From Terriglobia bacterium (GTDB taxonomy: Bacteria > Acidobacteriota > Polarisedimenticolia > Polarisedimenticolales > JAIQFR01): DNA of 64,000 bases. The notes beneath the pieces are model-generated. The model saw only the letters and a program-made list of their open reading frames with translations, had not been told where the DNA came from and ran no database searches. The stretch lies in contig CAVVHE010000004.1 in the NCBI GenBank assembly GCA_963748015.1, forward strand, positions 1,440,001 to 1,504,000, written 5' to 3'. A program made the position numbers and the translations under genes. Shown here piece after piece: positions 1 through 10,785 of this stretch; position 1 is the first letter of the stretch, and the number at the start of each line of letters is the position of its first letter.

Positions 1-485
1 GGCGGCACGTCCAGCGCGAAGACCGGAACGCCGAGCGACCTCGCGCGCTCGAGCAGAGCCCGGTAGCCCTCCCACGGGTAGCCCCATTCCTCGCGGTAGT
101 GGATCCGCCTCAGGAACGCGCCGTCGTCCAGCGCCCCGGACTGCCGCCTATCCAGGAGGCGCTGCTGGCGCGTGTAGACGAACTCCACCCCGAGCGCTAC
201 CGGCCCTTTCGCGCGGAGCGTCTCGAGCAGGGCGGCCGCGAAGCTCTGGCAGGAGGGAAGGGCGTGAAAATCGCCGAGCCAGACGATCCCCGCGGAAGCG
301 CAGGCCCGTTCGAGTTCGTCGCGAGTCGAGGCCAGGGGCGGGCGGCGAATCCGACGGTTCAGCGCGCGGAAGTAGGGATGGCCGAGGGAGCCGTCGACGC
401 CGAGGACCTCGCGCTTCTGCCGCTCCGCCGCCTCCCGCTGCCGCGCGAGGAGCTCCCGCGCGGCCCGCGTCGTGCGGCGTGGCAC
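1..485 (-). CDS. ChaN-like (haem-uptake/DUF399-type) protein, runs off the left edge
   Basis: Hand translation from GTG at 485 (overlaps tatA TAG): MPRRTT...IVWLGDFHAL...VALGVEFVYTRQQRLLD...YREEWGYPWEGYRALLERARSLGVPVFALD, resembling ChaN-family motifs; not in ORF track because it is truncated. Confidence 0.6.
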   Translation of the reverse strand, partial: MPRRTTRAARELLARQREAAERQKREVLGVDGSLGHPYFRALNRRIRRPPLASTRDELERACASAGIVWLGDFHALPSCQSFAAALLETLRAKGPVALGVEFVYTRQQRLLDRRQSGALDDGAFLRRIHYREEWGYPWEGYRALLERARSLGVPVFALDVP

Positions 486-679
486 TACTTGCCGGCGCCC
501 CCGGACGTGCCGTTCGGGCCGCCCTTGGTCTGGTCGTTCTCACCGCCGCGCATGGCGGAACGGAAGCTCTTGATGCCCTCGCCGAGACCCTTGCCGATCT
601 CCGGCAGCTTCCGGGCGCCGAACAGGAGGATGACCACCAGGGCGATGAGAAGGATTTCGGGCCAACCGAGACTGCCCAT
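485..679 (-). CDS. tatA: Twin-arginine translocase TatA/TatE subunit
   Basis: MGSLGWPEILLIALVVILLFGARKLPEIGKGLGEGIKSFR, typical TatA TM-hinge-amphipathic helix. Confidence 0.95.
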   Translation of the reverse strand: MGSLGWPEILLIALVVILLFGARKLPEIGKGLGEGIKSFRSAMRGGENDQTKGGPNGTSGGAGK

Positions 680-698
680 CGTACGCTCCCTCGGCGCG

Positions 699-2594
699 CT
701 AGCCGTTCGCGCCGCCAGTTCCGTCGATCAGGATCTCTCTCGCGTTGCCTACCCGCCGCGTCGCGCGCTCCGCGTCGAGCTGCTCGAGGAGGGGAATCGC
801 GTTCTTCCGCGTGACCCCCGCCAGCTCCTTGAACTCCGCGACGTCGATCGTGCGAGACCGCTTTCCGTACTCGCGCAGCTTGCGTCTCAGTTCCTCGAGC
901 GCTTCCGCGTGGAACAGCCGGCCGTCCCTGATGCGGACCAGCCGTCCTTCCGCCTGCAGCACGTCGAGGATCCTGGCCGCCCTTTCGCCGCCTTCCGAAC
1001 GAACCACCTCGGCCGCGTCGGGTGCGTCGAGCCACGCGTCGCGGTACCGCTTTTCGATCCGCCGGGCCGCCTCCGAATCCCCCCCTGACAGTACCACCCT
1101 GTGGGTCGCGAGCGCCACACGTTCCCCTGCCCGCCGCACTTCGCCCCGCTCGGCTAGCCCCTCCACGAGGCCACGCCATGCCTCGACCGGGAGATCCCGC
1201 GAAACCCGGGAGCGCAGGTCCTCGAGGAGCATGCCGCTCCGCAGCGGCTCCTCCGCGTGGAACTGGCGGAGGGTCCCGAGCGCGCGGCCCTCGGCGTCTC
1301 GCCAGACCCCCCCGTCGAACAGTCGGCCGCCCGCCGCGACGGCCCGCCCCTCCTCGCGCAGGCGCGAGATGGCCGACTCGAGATCGCCGGCCGTCCGCCC
1401 GAGCTCGGCGGCGAGCTCTTCCCTCGCCTTGCCGCGCGGGCCGGCGCGCTCCAATCGCGAGGAAAGCGGGTCCCCCGGGTCGGCCGCGACGGGACCGAGC
1501 GGTCCGGCGCGCTTCCCACGCCTCGCCGGGGGCTGCGCGTCCAGCACGGTCCCTCCCCCGACCGTGTCCACCGGCGCGGGCCGGCGCAGGACGAAGCGGT
1601 CGCCCGGGAGCAGGACCGTCTCCTCGTCGAAGCGGAGCTCCGCGTCGAGCGCCCCGTCCTCGGCCCCGCCGAGGGCGCGCATCTTCGTCCCCCTCTCGCA
1701 CGTCCCCTGGTGAAAGCGGACCAGGCCTCCCTTGCTCAGTCGTTCCGGCGCTTCCGGGAGGAGGCGGACCCTGGCCCACGCGCGGCGCGTGGTGAGCAGC
1801 GCGCCGGGCAGGGACAGCGTGGAGCCTCGGGGCACCTCCTCCCATGAGAGCCCCTGGAGGTTCACGGCCGTGCGCTGGCCGGCGAGCACCTCGGCGACCC
1901 GCCGATGGTGAACCTGGAGCCCGCGAATGCGCCCGCGCCGCCCGCCGGGGAGGACCTCGATTTCGTCCCCCTCCCGGAGTGCGCCCGAGACGAGCGTCCC
2001 GGTCACGACGGTTCCGAATCCCCGCAGCACGAACGAGCGATCCACGGGGAGCCGCGGGATCCCGCTCGCGGGACGGGGCGGGACCCGCGAGAAGAGTTCC
2101 GCGAGCGCCGCGCCAAGCTCGTCGAGCCCCGCGCCCGTGCGGGAGGAAACGGGAATCACCGGCGCGCCGTCGAGGAAGGTGCCGGCGAGGAACTCGCGGA
2201 CCTCGAGGGACGCCACCGCGAGCAGGTCGGCGTCCACGAGGTCGGACTTGGTCAGCGCGACGAGGCCGTTCCGGATCTCGAGCAGCGAGCAGATCGCGAC
2301 GTGCTCGCGGGTCTGGGGCTTCACCCCCTCGTCCGCCGCCACCACGAGCAGCACGGCGTCGATCCCCGTCGCGCCGGCCACCATGTGGCGCACGAAGCGC
2401 TCGTGCCCCGGCACGTCGACGAGCGAGAGGATCCGTCCGTCGCCGAGGTCCAGGTCGGCGAATCCCAGGTCGATCGTGATGCCCCGCGACTTCTCCTCGG
2501 GGAGCCGGTCGGGATCGGTCCCCGTCAGGGCGCGCACCAGCGCGCTCTTCCCGTGGTCGATGTGGCCGGCGGTGCCGAGGACGAGGTGGCGCAA
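699..2594 (-). CDS. selB: Selenocysteine-specific translation elongation factor
   Basis: [30 protein letters not shown]-terminal winged helix [16 protein letters not shown] start. Confidence 0.96.
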   Translation of the reverse strand: MRHLVLGTAGHIDHGKSALVRALTGTDPDRLPEEKSRGITIDLGFADLDLGDGRILSLVDVPGHERFVRHMVAGATGIDAVLLVVAADEGVKPQTREHVAICSLLEIRNGLVALTKSDLVDADLLAVASLEVREFLAGTFLDGAPVIPVSSRTGAGLDELGAALAELFSRVPPRPASGIPRLPVDRSFVLRGFGTVVTGTLVSGALREGDEIEVLPGGRRGRIRGLQVHHRRVAEVLAGQRTAVNLQGLSWEEVPRGSTLSLPGALLTTRRAWARVRLLPEAPERLSKGGLVRFHQGTCERGTKMRALGGAEDGALDAELRFDEETVLLPGDRFVLRRPAPVDTVGGGTVLDAQPPARRGKRAGPLGPVAADPGDPLSSRLERAGPRGKAREELAAELGRTAGDLESAISRLREEGRAVAAGGRLFDGGVWRDAEGRALGTLRQFHAEEPLRSGMLLEDLRSRVSRDLPVEAWRGLVEGLAERGEVRRAGERVALATHRVVLSGGDSEAARRIEKRYRDAWLDAPDAAEVVRSEGGERAARILDVLQAEGRLVRIRDGRLFHAEALEELRRKLREYGKRSRTIDVAEFKELAGVTRKNAIPLLEQLDAERATRRVGNAREILIDGTGGANG

Positions 2595-2595
2595 T

Positions 2596-4944
2596 CTAGG
2601 AGCCCGTCCGAGTAATCCCGCGGGCCGCGCGCAGTCTCGATCGCACCGCGCGGCGCAGCTCGTCGAGGTCGAAGGGCTTCATCAGCACGGCGATGCCGCG
2701 GCTCCGCGCGAACGCCTCCGGCTCGCGGCTCATCGTGTCGCCGGTGGTCAGGAGGATGCGAGCCGAGACGCCGGGCTCGAGCCGCTCCATCTCCTCGCAG
2801 AGGCGGGCACCTCCCATCCCGGGCATCCTCAGGTCGGCGACGACGAGGTCGAACTCCTCGCGCTCCAGGCGGTCGAGGGCCTCCCTTCCGTCGCGCGCAG
2901 GCTCCGCGACGTGGCCGTCGCCCGCGAGCGTCTCGCAGATCATTCGAGCGACGGCCTCCTCGTCGTCCACAACGAGGATCCGGCCCGGCGCAACCGCGAC
3001 GTCGGTAGCCTCGGGGGCGGCGCGCTCTCCGGCCGACGCGGTGGCGCTCCCGACGGGCAGCTCGATCCGGAAGGTCGTCCCGCGTCCGTCCTCGCTCTCC
3101 ACCGAGACGCTCCCTCCGTGGGCCTCGACCGCGCTCTCCACCAGGGAAAGGCCGAGCCCGGTCCCCTGCCCCGACGCCTTGGTGGTGAAGAAGGGCTCGA
3201 AGACGCGAGAGCGGACGGACTCCGGGATTCCCGGCCCGTCGTCGGCCACCTCGAGCGAGATCCACCCCGGCCGCAGGCTCCGGGTGGTCACGCTGACGAC
3301 CCCGCCGCGCCCGGATCCCCGGATGGCCTGCTGCGCGTTGCTCATGAGGTTCAGCACGGCCTGCTGGAGCTGGTGAGCGTCTCCGAAGATCGTGGGAACG
3401 TCGCGACCGAGCTCGGCCTCGATCCGCACGTCGCTCACGCGGAACTGGTAGGACATCAGCCCGATCACCGACTGGACGACCTCGTTCACGCTCATCAGCT
3501 TCCGCTCGGGCTCGTGGCGCCGTGCGAACGAGAGGAGGTTCTGGACGATCTTCTGGCAGCGGCGAGCCTCGCGGTGCACGACGTCGAGCCGGGCGGCGAG
3601 CTTCGGGTCGGGAGTGCCCGCCCGCGCGAGCTGGGAGTATCCGAGCACCGACGAGAGAGGGTTGTTCAGCTCGTGCGCGATCCCCGAGATCAGCTCGCCG
3701 AGGCTCGACATCTTCTCGGCCTGCGCGAGCTGCGCCTGCAGGCGCCGGCGCTCGGTGACGTCGGCGAGGACGAGGACCAGCGCGTCGGGGCGGCCGCTCT
3801 TCCCCGCGAGGGCGGAAACGGTCACGGCCAGGATCGTGCCCCCCGGAAGATGGGCCTCCTCTTCCGACGCCGCCACGCCCCGGTCGAGAATCCCGGCGGC
3901 GAGCGGAGCGAGCTCGAGGTCGCCTATCCGCGCGAGCGGCTCGTCCCCCGTCCGGGGATCGAGGCGGCCGAGGAGCGCTGCGGCGGAGCGATTGGCCACG
4001 ACGACGCGAAGCGAGCGGTCGGCCAGGATGACCGCCTGCGGCATCGAATCCAGGATCGAGCGGAAACGGTCCTGCTCCGCTTCGAGCACGGTGAGGATCC
4101 GGTCGAGATGCAGCGAGACCTGGTTCGCCGCGCCGAAGAAGGGGCGGAGCATTCGCTCGGTCGCGTGCCCGGACGGCACGATCCCCAACGCGGCCACCGT
4201 CCTACCCCGGCGGGTGAGCGGCGCGAAGGACGAGTCCGGACCCGTGGACGCGGAGCGACGACTCGAGTGGCTCTCGTCGAAGCCGGGAAGCCGTTCGATC
4301 GATACCCGCACGGGAAGCTCCGGCGGGAGCTCCGCGGCGGCGGCCGCCCGCTCCGCGAGCGACTCGATCACGGCGTCCGCGGCAGGACGGGCCAGGAAGA
4401 CGCGCACCTCCCCTTCCCCGGCCAGGGCGTGCGCGGCGGCCAGCAGGTCCGCCCCGGTCCCCTCCTGGAGTACCACGGCGGCGTCGAGGAACAGGGCGTC
4501 CCAGGTCCTCGCCGCCGCGGCGCAGCGGCCGAGGTCCTGGAGCATGTCGAGCTCGCGCGCCCGGCCGCGCAGCTTCTGCTCCCCCCGCGCGATCTCGCTC
4601 CGAGCCGAGCGCCAGGCGGCGATCACCGCCGCCGCCCGCTCCACCTCGCCTCGCTCCGGAGGCTCGCCTCCGGCGCGGCGCGCCGAGAGAACCCAGTCCG
4701 GGTCGCCGGGGATCCTGGCTTCCCGCCAGCTGCCGCCGTCCTCCCGCGCGCCGCCGCTCGCGCCGTATCGGGCCTGTTCGCGGCCGCTCTCGCCCGAGAG
4801 CCGGAGCACGAGGTCGAGGCTCTCGGGGCGGTCGAAGATCGGCGCGATCTCGGCGAGCGCGGCCTCGGCGGCGGTGACGCGGATCAGACGGGACCAGTCG
4901 AGCTCCGCGCGGCGTTCGACCTTTCCCGGTCCCGTCGTCTCCAT
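2596..4944 (-). CDS. Hybrid sensor histidine kinase (GAF-like/PAS-HisKA-HATPase-REC)
   Basis: H-box [11 protein letters not shown]-box NLMSNA, G-boxes DDGPGI and FFTTK..GTGLGL, receiver [18 protein letters not shown]. Confidence 0.92.
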   Translation of the reverse strand: METTGPGKVERRAELDWSRLIRVTAAEAALAEIAPIFDRPESLDLVLRLSGESGREQARYGASGGAREDGGSWREARIPGDPDWVLSARRAGGEPPERGEVERAAAVIAAWRSARSEIARGEQKLRGRARELDMLQDLGRCAAAARTWDALFLDAAVVLQEGTGADLLAAAHALAGEGEVRVFLARPAADAVIESLAERAAAAAELPPELPVRVSIERLPGFDESHSSRRSASTGPDSSFAPLTRRGRTVAALGIVPSGHATERMLRPFFGAANQVSLHLDRILTVLEAEQDRFRSILDSMPQAVILADRSLRVVVANRSAAALLGRLDPRTGDEPLARIGDLELAPLAAGILDRGVAASEEEAHLPGGTILAVTVSALAGKSGRPDALVLVLADVTERRRLQAQLAQAEKMSSLGELISGIAHELNNPLSSVLGYSQLARAGTPDPKLAARLDVVHREARRCQKIVQNLLSFARRHEPERKLMSVNEVVQSVIGLMSYQFRVSDVRIEAELGRDVPTIFGDAHQLQQAVLNLMSNAQQAIRGSGRGGVVSVTTRSLRPGWISLEVADDGPGIPESVRSRVFEPFFTTKASGQGTGLGLSLVESAVEAHGGSVSVESEDGRGTTFRIELPVGSATASAGERAAPEATDVAVAPGRILVVDDEEAVARMICETLAGDGHVAEPARDGREALDRLEREEFDLVVADLRMPGMGGARLCEEMERLEPGVSARILLTTGDTMSREPEAFARSRGIAVLMKPFDLDELRRAVRSRLRAARGITRTGS

Positions 4945-5053
4945 GCATTCCCCTTCGCCGCGGTCGTGCGCCGCGGCCGGCGCGCCCGGAGCGTGAGTCT
5001 ACCCCGAAACTCGAGAGGAATGGACGGGCGGCGGGCCGCCCGAGGACGGCGGC

Positions 5054-5950
5054 TCAGGTCCGGGAGCGGTCCGTCTTGGCGATCGCGCTGACCGGGTACG
5101 GCCGCTTCGACGGCGCCGCGACCATGCGCTTGCGCGCGAACATCTTTCGGAGCCTGGACTTGGCCTGGCACTCGATCTGCCGGACCCGCTCCCGGCTGAT
5201 CCCCATCTTCTCGCCGATCTCCTTGAGCGTCAGCGAGGGACCGCCCGTGAGACCGAAGCGGAACGACACGACGCTCCGCTCCTGGTCGGTGAGATGCGCC
5301 ATCGCGTCGCCCACGAGGTTGCTCGCCTCGCGCTTGATGAGATCGTCCTCGGGACTCAGGCACGCGACGTCCACGAGGTAGTCGCCGATCGGCTTGTCGC
5401 GGTCCTTCCCGAAGCGCTCCTCGATGCTGACCTCGCGGAGGTTGAACTGCAGCACCTGGTCGATCTTCGAGACGGTCTTGGAAAGACGATCCGAGATCTC
5501 CTCGCGCTTCGGCGCCCGGCCGAGGCTGCGCCGGAGCGAGTTCTCCGCGTCGCGGATCTCCCGGACCTTCTTCATCTGGTAGTGCGGGACGCGCACCAGG
5601 TTCGAGTGCTCGGACAGCGCCTTCAGGATCGACTTGCGGATCCACCAGATCGCGTACGTGATGAATTTCGTGCCCTTGCTGGCGTCGTAGCGGTGCGCCG
5701 CCTCGATCAGCCCGATGTTTCCCTCGTTGAGCAGATCCTCGAAGGGAAGTCCGAGGTTCCGGTACTCGCTCGCGACCTTGACGACGAAGCTCAGGTTCGA
5801 CTCGATCAACTCGTTCAGCGCGCCCGACCGTCCCCGCTTGACGTGCCGCGCCAGGGACATCTCCTCTTCCTTCGTGAGCAGGGGGTACTCCCTGATCTCC
5901 GCAAAGTAGCGCGACAGCAAGGAGCTTCGATCGTGCTGGGTCGATTCCAT
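5054..5950 (-). CDS. RNA polymerase sigma-70 factor, RpoD/RpoS-like, lacking region 1.1
   Basis: Region 2 [32 protein letters not shown]; region 4.2 [20 protein letters not shown]. Confidence 0.93.
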   Translation of the reverse strand: MESTQHDRSSLLSRYFAEIREYPLLTKEEEMSLARHVKRGRSGALNELIESNLSFVVKVASEYRNLGLPFEDLLNEGNIGLIEAAHRYDASKGTKFITYAIWWIRKSILKALSEHSNLVRVPHYQMKKVREIRDAENSLRRSLGRAPKREEISDRLSKTVSKIDQVLQFNLREVSIEERFGKDRDKPIGDYLVDVACLSPEDDLIKREASNLVGDAMAHLTDQERSVVSFRFGLTGGPSLTLKEIGEKMGISRERVRQIECQAKSRLRKMFARKRMVAAPSKRPYPVSAIAKTDRSRT

Positions 5951-6244
5951 TCAGCTCCCTTCGTCACCTTCGAGTCGGGCCGGTACGACGCGGGGTCTCG
6001 CTGCGGACACCGACCACCGGCATCGCGAGTGTTACGGCTTGACACGATGTGCCGATGAACGTACATGTACGGCCCGAGTGAGGAGTGACGAAAAACGCGA
6101 CGCGGGCAGGGTCGTCGTTCGGCCCTGATTCCGTCGGATGCGCCATCACCGAGACCATCGGATCCCGATACAACGGTTTCCTCCGCGGCCCTCTCCGCCC
6201 TCCGGTGGGGAGGCTCGTGAGGCTGCAATTTTCCCGGTGATGTG

Positions 6245-6273
6245 ATTCTAGGCGGCAGCCCCAGGGGTGTCAA
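6245..6273 (-). promoter_or_regulatory. Near-consensus sigma-70 promoter upstream of the sigma factor gene
   Basis: Minus strand TTGACA-17 nt-TAGAAT, about 290 nt upstream of the ATG at 5950. Confidence 0.75.
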
Positions 6274-6402
6274 GGGCGAATTTCGTAAAAAGCCGCGTCG
6301 GCATTGAGTTTTCTGGATATTCGGCGGTTGCGGAAGGTGACGCGAAAGCGATGAGAATTCCGGTCGCTTCGGGTCGCTTTCGCCTCGCGGACGATGACCG
6401 GG

Positions 6403-7140
6403 TCAATTGACCCAGCGGTCCCGGTCGTCGGGCGGGGCCACGCGGAACTTCCTTCTTCGGATGCGCCACCTGACATCGCGGTAGAGGTCGCCCACCCGCC
6501 ACACCCGCTTCAGGTAGAGATAGCCGACGACCATGCCGCCGAGGTGCGCGATGTACGAGACGGGGCTCGCGCTCTGCCCCCATGCCGACACGAACGCGAT
6601 CACGAACAGGACCCACGAGAGGGTGCGCGCTCGCATCGGGAAGATCAGCATGAACAGGATCATCCGCTCCGAGAAGATGATCCCGTACGCAAGCAGCAGG
6701 CCGTAAATTGCGCCCGACGCGCCGATCGTCGGGACCATCGTGCCCGACCGATACCCGGCGACGGTCACGAAGGCTCCCGCGCCGACGCCGCAGACGAGGT
6801 AGTAGGTCAGATACCGCCTAGCACCCCAGTGCCGCTCGAGGTCGCCGCCGACCATCCACAGGATCAACATGTTGAGCAGCAGGTGGGTGATGTGCGCCGG
6901 CGAGTGCAGGAACATGTACGTGACCGGCTGCCAGACGTAGCCCCGCAAGACCAGCGGAGGCACGATGCCGAAGAACCAGGAGAGATCCGCCCGACCGAGC
7001 ACGGGGCCGACGAGGAACTGCACCCCCCACACGATGCCGCACGCGATCATGATCGCCCGCGTCACCGGCGTCACGGGCGGAAGCCCGAAACCCAGGCCGG
7101 ATCCCGACGATCGCGAGGGGGCGTGCCGGTAATAGCTCAT
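6403..7140 (-). CDS. Rhomboid family intramembrane serine protease
   Basis: WQPVTYMFLH, HLLLNM, catalytic GASGAIYG and AHLGGM; start reassigned to ATG 7140 (ATGA overlap with upstream gene). Confidence 0.93.
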   Translation of the reverse strand: MSYYRHAPSRSSGSGLGFGLPPVTPVTRAIMIACGIVWGVQFLVGPVLGRADLSWFFGIVPPLVLRGYVWQPVTYMFLHSPAHITHLLLNMLILWMVGGDLERHWGARRYLTYYLVCGVGAGAFVTVAGYRSGTMVPTIGASGAIYGLLLAYGIIFSERMILFMLIFPMRARTLSWVLFVIAFVSAWGQSASPVSYIAHLGGMVVGYLYLKRVWRVGDLYRDVRWRIRRRKFRVAPPDDRDRWVN

Positions 7141-7493
7141 GATCCGGCGAGCCCCGGCACGGCGCCCGAGCCGCGCCCCGTGCGGAACAGCAGGAGGAGC
7201 GCGACGATCGCGCCGAGCAGGATCAGGAGGAGGACGAGCAGCATCATCGCGATCGCCATCAGCGCCCGGCCGGTTCCGCCGCTCTCCCGCAGCGCGTCGC
7301 CCAGCATCGCGGCGTGCAAGCGCCTGCCGGCGAGCGCCAGCGCGAGCGCGATTCCCGCGGCGACCCCGTAGAGCGCCGCGAGGGGCATCTCGGGCTTCCC
7401 GGCGTAGATCACCAGCGGGGACAGCAGGGCGGCGACCGCCAACCAGAGCACCGGCTCCAGCCAGGCGGTGCCCCCGCGGCGCCGTGCGGCTAT
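7137..7493 (-). CDS. Small hypothetical membrane protein (about 3 TM)
   Basis: Hydrophobic ORF coupled to the rhomboid gene; start is GTG 7451 or ATA 7493, which follows GGAGGT by 6 nt. Confidence 0.55.
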   Translation of the reverse strand: MAARRRGGTAWLEPVLWLAVAALLSPLVIYAGKPEMPLAALYGVAAGIALALALAGRRLHAAMLGDALRESGGTGRALMAIAMMLLVLLLILLGAIVALLLLFRTGRGSGAVPGLAGS

Positions 7494-7685
7494 GGCAGCA
7501 CCTCCGCCCGCGCCGGGGAGAGGTTACGGATCGGCAACCGCTCCGGCCGGCGCCCTCCCTTGTATCCCATGATGAGCTCGACCGATGCTGGGAGCCCGTC
7601 CGAGAAGCCCCGTGGGTCTCCCTCGCCAGGACGCCCCGGAGGGCGACTTGGCGCGTGGCGGGCTCGTTCTTCCGGGAGGTGCTCC

Positions 7686-9167
7686 ATGGCGTCGAGACGT
7701 GAGCATAGCTTGACGGCTTCGCCGCCGTCAAACCGGCAGGCGCGCGCCGTCCACGCCGTCCTGCGAACCCTCCTCGAGATCACCGGCTGGGAGCGGGCCT
7801 TTCTCGTCACGCCCTCCGAGGAAGAAAGCGACGGACCCGGGCACGTTGCGGCTTCGGTTTCGCTCCGGCCCGACGGGCGCCGCACGCCCAGCCGCACGGT
7901 CTTGAGGCGGGCGCTGCGGGAGAACGGCGTCCTGGTCTGTCCGGACGCGCGAGGCGATCCGGCGCTGGCGAAGGGGGCGTCGGTGCGCTCCCTCGACATC
8001 CGGGCGGTCGCCGCGGTTCCCGTCGCCTCGTCGGAAGAGGGCGCGGCGCTGATCGTGGACCGGAGCGCGGCGGGCGACGGCGTTTCCGGCGGGACGCTTC
8101 GCGTCCTGGAGTCCTTCGCCTCGGTGCTCGCGAGCCTCGCGGACCCGGCGAAGCGTCCGCCCGCCCCGGCGGCCCGCGGCGGCGAGGCCCTCGTGGGAGC
8201 GTCGGAGAGCTTCGTGGCCGCGCTCTCCTGGGCGCGCCGCGTCGCGCGATCGAGATTCCCCGTGTTGCTCACCGGCGAGACCGGAGCCGGGAAGGAGGAG
8301 ATCGCGCGCGCGATCCACGGGGCGAGCCCCAGGGCGGCCGGCCCCTTCGTCGCGGTGAACTGCGCGGCGATGCCGGAGACCCTGATCGAGAGCGAGCTGT
8401 TCGGAGCGGTCCGGGGAGCGTACACCGGCGCGGACTCGGACCGGCCGGGGCTGTTCCGTCTCGCGCATGGGGGGACCCTCCTCCTCGACGAGGTCGGCGA
8501 CATGCCGCCGGCGATGCAGGCCAAGCTGCTTCGAGTGCTCCAGGACGGGCGCGTGCGCCCCGTGGGAGGGTCCGCGGAGCTCGCCGTGGACGTGAGGATC
8601 GTGGCCGCGACCCACGGAGACCTCCCGGCGCTCGTCGGCGAGGGGAGGTTCCGGGAAGACCTCTACTGGCGCCTCGCGACGGCGGAGGTGCGGATCCCGC
8701 CGCTTCGCGACCGCCGCGAGGACATTCCCCTGCTCGCGGAGCATCTCCTCGCGCGGCTTCGAGCCGATGCCGGCTCGAGCGCCGACGCGACCCTCGACCG
8801 TCCCGCCCTCGAGGCTCTCGAGGCGTGCGACTGGCCGGGGAACGTGAGGCAGCTCCAGGCGGTGCTCGCGCGCGCGCTCCTCCGGTCGGGCGGCGGCGCG
8901 ATCTCGCTCGCGCACCTCGATCTCCCCGCTCCCGCGGGGGCTCCCGCCCGCGACCCGGCCGCCGCGGCGCCGCTCGAGCGCCGGTGGATCGAGGAAGCGC
9001 TGCGCGGCTCGCGAGGCAACGTGGCGCAGGCCGCCGCGCGCATCGGCTGGAGCCGGCAGAAGCTCTACCGGCGGATGAGGGCGCTGGGGGTGCCGCGGCC
9101 GCGACACGGCGCCGCGCGGAGACCCGTCTCGCCCGACCGTCCCGGACCGGGCCGGACCGGCCCGTGA
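7686..9167 (+). CDS. Sigma-54-dependent transcriptional activator (GAF-AAA+-Fis HTH)
   Basis: Walker A GETGAGKE, ELFGAVRGAYTGA loop, LLDEVG, WPGNVRQL, HTH NVAQAAARIGWSRQKLYRRM; SD GGAGGT before ATG 7686. Confidence 0.9.
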   Translation: MASRREHSLTASPPSNRQARAVHAVLRTLLEITGWERAFLVTPSEEESDGPGHVAASVSLRPDGRRTPSRTVLRRALRENGVLVCPDARGDPALAKGASVRSLDIRAVAAVPVASSEEGAALIVDRSAAGDGVSGGTLRVLESFASVLASLADPAKRPPAPAARGGEALVGASESFVAALSWARRVARSRFPVLLTGETGAGKEEIARAIHGASPRAAGPFVAVNCAAMPETLIESELFGAVRGAYTGADSDRPGLFRLAHGGTLLLDEVGDMPPAMQAKLLRVLQDGRVRPVGGSAELAVDVRIVAATHGDLPALVGEGRFREDLYWRLATAEVRIPPLRDRREDIPLLAEHLLARLRADAGSSADATLDRPALEALEACDWPGNVRQLQAVLARALLRSGGGAISLAHLDLPAPAGAPARDPAAAAPLERRWIEEALRGSRGNVAQAAARIGWSRQKLYRRMRALGVPRPRHGAARRPVSPDRPGPGRTGP

Positions 9168-9204
9168 CTTCCCCGTCGCGCGCGCTTCCCGCTCGCGGGA
9201 GTCC

Positions 9205-10575
9205 TCACGCGCCCTTCGCCAGCTCCTCGTAGAGGTAGGCGGCGCTCCTGGTCCCGCCGTGGAACGAGGTGAGCTCGAACTTCTCGTTCGGTGCGTGCAG
9301 GTTGTCGTCCGGAAGTCCGAAGCCCATCAGGATGCTAGGCAGCCCGTGGGTCTCCGTGAAGGTCGCCATGACCGGGATCGAGCCGCCCTCGCGGATCATG
9401 GCGGGGGGCTTCGCCCACGCGCGCGCGAGCGCGCGGGTCGCGGCCTTCAACATCGGGTGGTCGTGCGCGGTCAGGAAGGACGGCGCCGAGTGAAGGTCGC
9501 GGACCTCCACCTTCACGCCGGGCGGGGCCAGGCGCCGCACGTGCTCCGCGAAGCGAGGGAACAGGTCCTTCGGGTCCTGGTCGGGAACGAGCCGCATGCT
9601 CACCTTGGCCGACGCGAACGACGGCAGGACGGTCTTCGCCCCCTCTCCGGTGTAGCCGCTCGACATGCCGTTGACGTCGCAGGTCGGGCGGACCCAGATG
9701 CGCTCGAGGGTCGAGTACCCCTTCTCGCCGAACGGCGAGGGTGCCCCCGCCTCTCCGAGGAATCTCGCCTCGTCGAACGGAACCGAGGCCAGGACCGCCC
9801 GCTCGGCGTCGTCGAGCGGCCGCACGCGATCGTAGAACCCCGGCACGGTGATCCTACCGTCGCCGTCCTTGAGCCCCGCGACGATCGCCGCGAGCGCGTT
9901 GCCCGGGTTCTGGACGGCGCCGCCGAAAGACCCCGAGTGCAGGTCGCGCGCGGGGCCTCTGACGTCGATCTGCGTGTAGAGGAGCCCGCGCAGGCCGTAG
10001 GTCAGTGCCGGCTGGTCCGGGGCGAGCATCCCCGTGTCGCTCACCACGATCACGTCGGCGTCGAGGAGGGCGCGCCGGTCCCGCAAGAACCGCTCCAGGT
10101 TCGGGCTGCCGGCTTCCTCTTCCCCCTCGATCACGCACTTGACGTTGACGGGCAGCTTCCCGGCCACCGCCATGTGCGCCCTGAAGGCCGCGACGTGCAT
10201 GTACACCTGCCCCTTGTCGTCGCAGGCGCCGCGCGCGTAGATCCTGCCGTCCCGGACGGTCGGCTCGAACGGCGGGCTCTTCCAAAGCTCCAGCGGATCC
10301 ACCGGCTGCACGTCGTAGTGCCCGTACAGCAGCACGGTCGGCTTCCCGGGCGCGCCGAGCCACTCGCCGTAAACGACGGGATGGCCCGCGGTCGGCACGA
10401 CCTCGACCTTCGTCATGCCCGCCTTCCGGAGATCGTCGGCGACGTGCCGTGCGCAGCGCTCGACGTCCTCCTTGTGCCTCGGCTCCGTGCTGACGCTCGG
10501 GATCCTGAGCACCGCCTTCAGCTCCTCCAGGAACTCCTCGCGGTGCGACTCGAGAAAGCGTGTGAGATCGTCCAT
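9205..10575 (-). CDS. M20 family dipeptidase (ArgE/DapE-like)
   Basis: YGHYDVQP, ARGACDDKGQ, EGEEEAGS, DLHSG, GGSIP, HAPNEK. Confidence 0.93.
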   Translation of the reverse strand: MDDLTRFLESHREEFLEELKAVLRIPSVSTEPRHKEDVERCARHVADDLRKAGMTKVEVVPTAGHPVVYGEWLGAPGKPTVLLYGHYDVQPVDPLELWKSPPFEPTVRDGRIYARGACDDKGQVYMHVAAFRAHMAVAGKLPVNVKCVIEGEEEAGSPNLERFLRDRRALLDADVIVVSDTGMLAPDQPALTYGLRGLLYTQIDVRGPARDLHSGSFGGAVQNPGNALAAIVAGLKDGDGRITVPGFYDRVRPLDDAERAVLASVPFDEARFLGEAGAPSPFGEKGYSTLERIWVRPTCDVNGMSSGYTGEGAKTVLPSFASAKVSMRLVPDQDPKDLFPRFAEHVRRLAPPGVKVEVRDLHSAPSFLTAHDHPMLKAATRALARAWAKPPAMIREGGSIPVMATFTETHGLPSILMGFGLPDDNLHAPNEKFELTSFHGGTRSAAYLYEELAKGA

Positions 10576-10606
10576 CGGCGGGTCCTCCCCTGTTTACTCG
10601 AACCAC

Positions 10607-10785
10607 CGCGCCGAGCCGGGCATCCGGATCCGACATCGCCCCGAAGCGGCCCTGTTTTCGCGCGGCCGTCTCTTCCCTGGACGGCCGCGCGAAAACCGGA
10701 GCCAGGCGGCGCGGCGACCTGCGCCGCGCAACGCCGCAGCGTGCCGCGCGGGGCGATGTCGGATCCGGATGCCCGGCTCGGCGCG
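10607..10785 (-). repeat. Structured intergenic element, copy A
   Basis: Perfect 37-bp inverted repeat 10607-10643/10749-10785 enclosing GGCACGCT...GCTCCG-GTTTT-stem-AAAAC-AGGGCC on the minus strand. Confidence 0.85.

Noticed and set aside
1927..5091. 1054-aa plus-strand ORF and many other long ORFs (e.g. 9259-11583, 23719-25563, 48168-50210, 57319-59703)
   Set aside because: Antisense or off-frame shadows of well-supported genes, rich in R/G/P/A and without motifs; expected at this GC content.
6039..6067. Plus-strand TTGACA promoter in the sigma leader
   Set aside because: The -10 at 17 nt is TACATG, lacking the final conserved T; no downstream target is evident.
8414..8431. GAYTGA instead of GAFTGA in the sigma-54 activator
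   Set aside because: A known conservative variant; not enough to infer unusual function.
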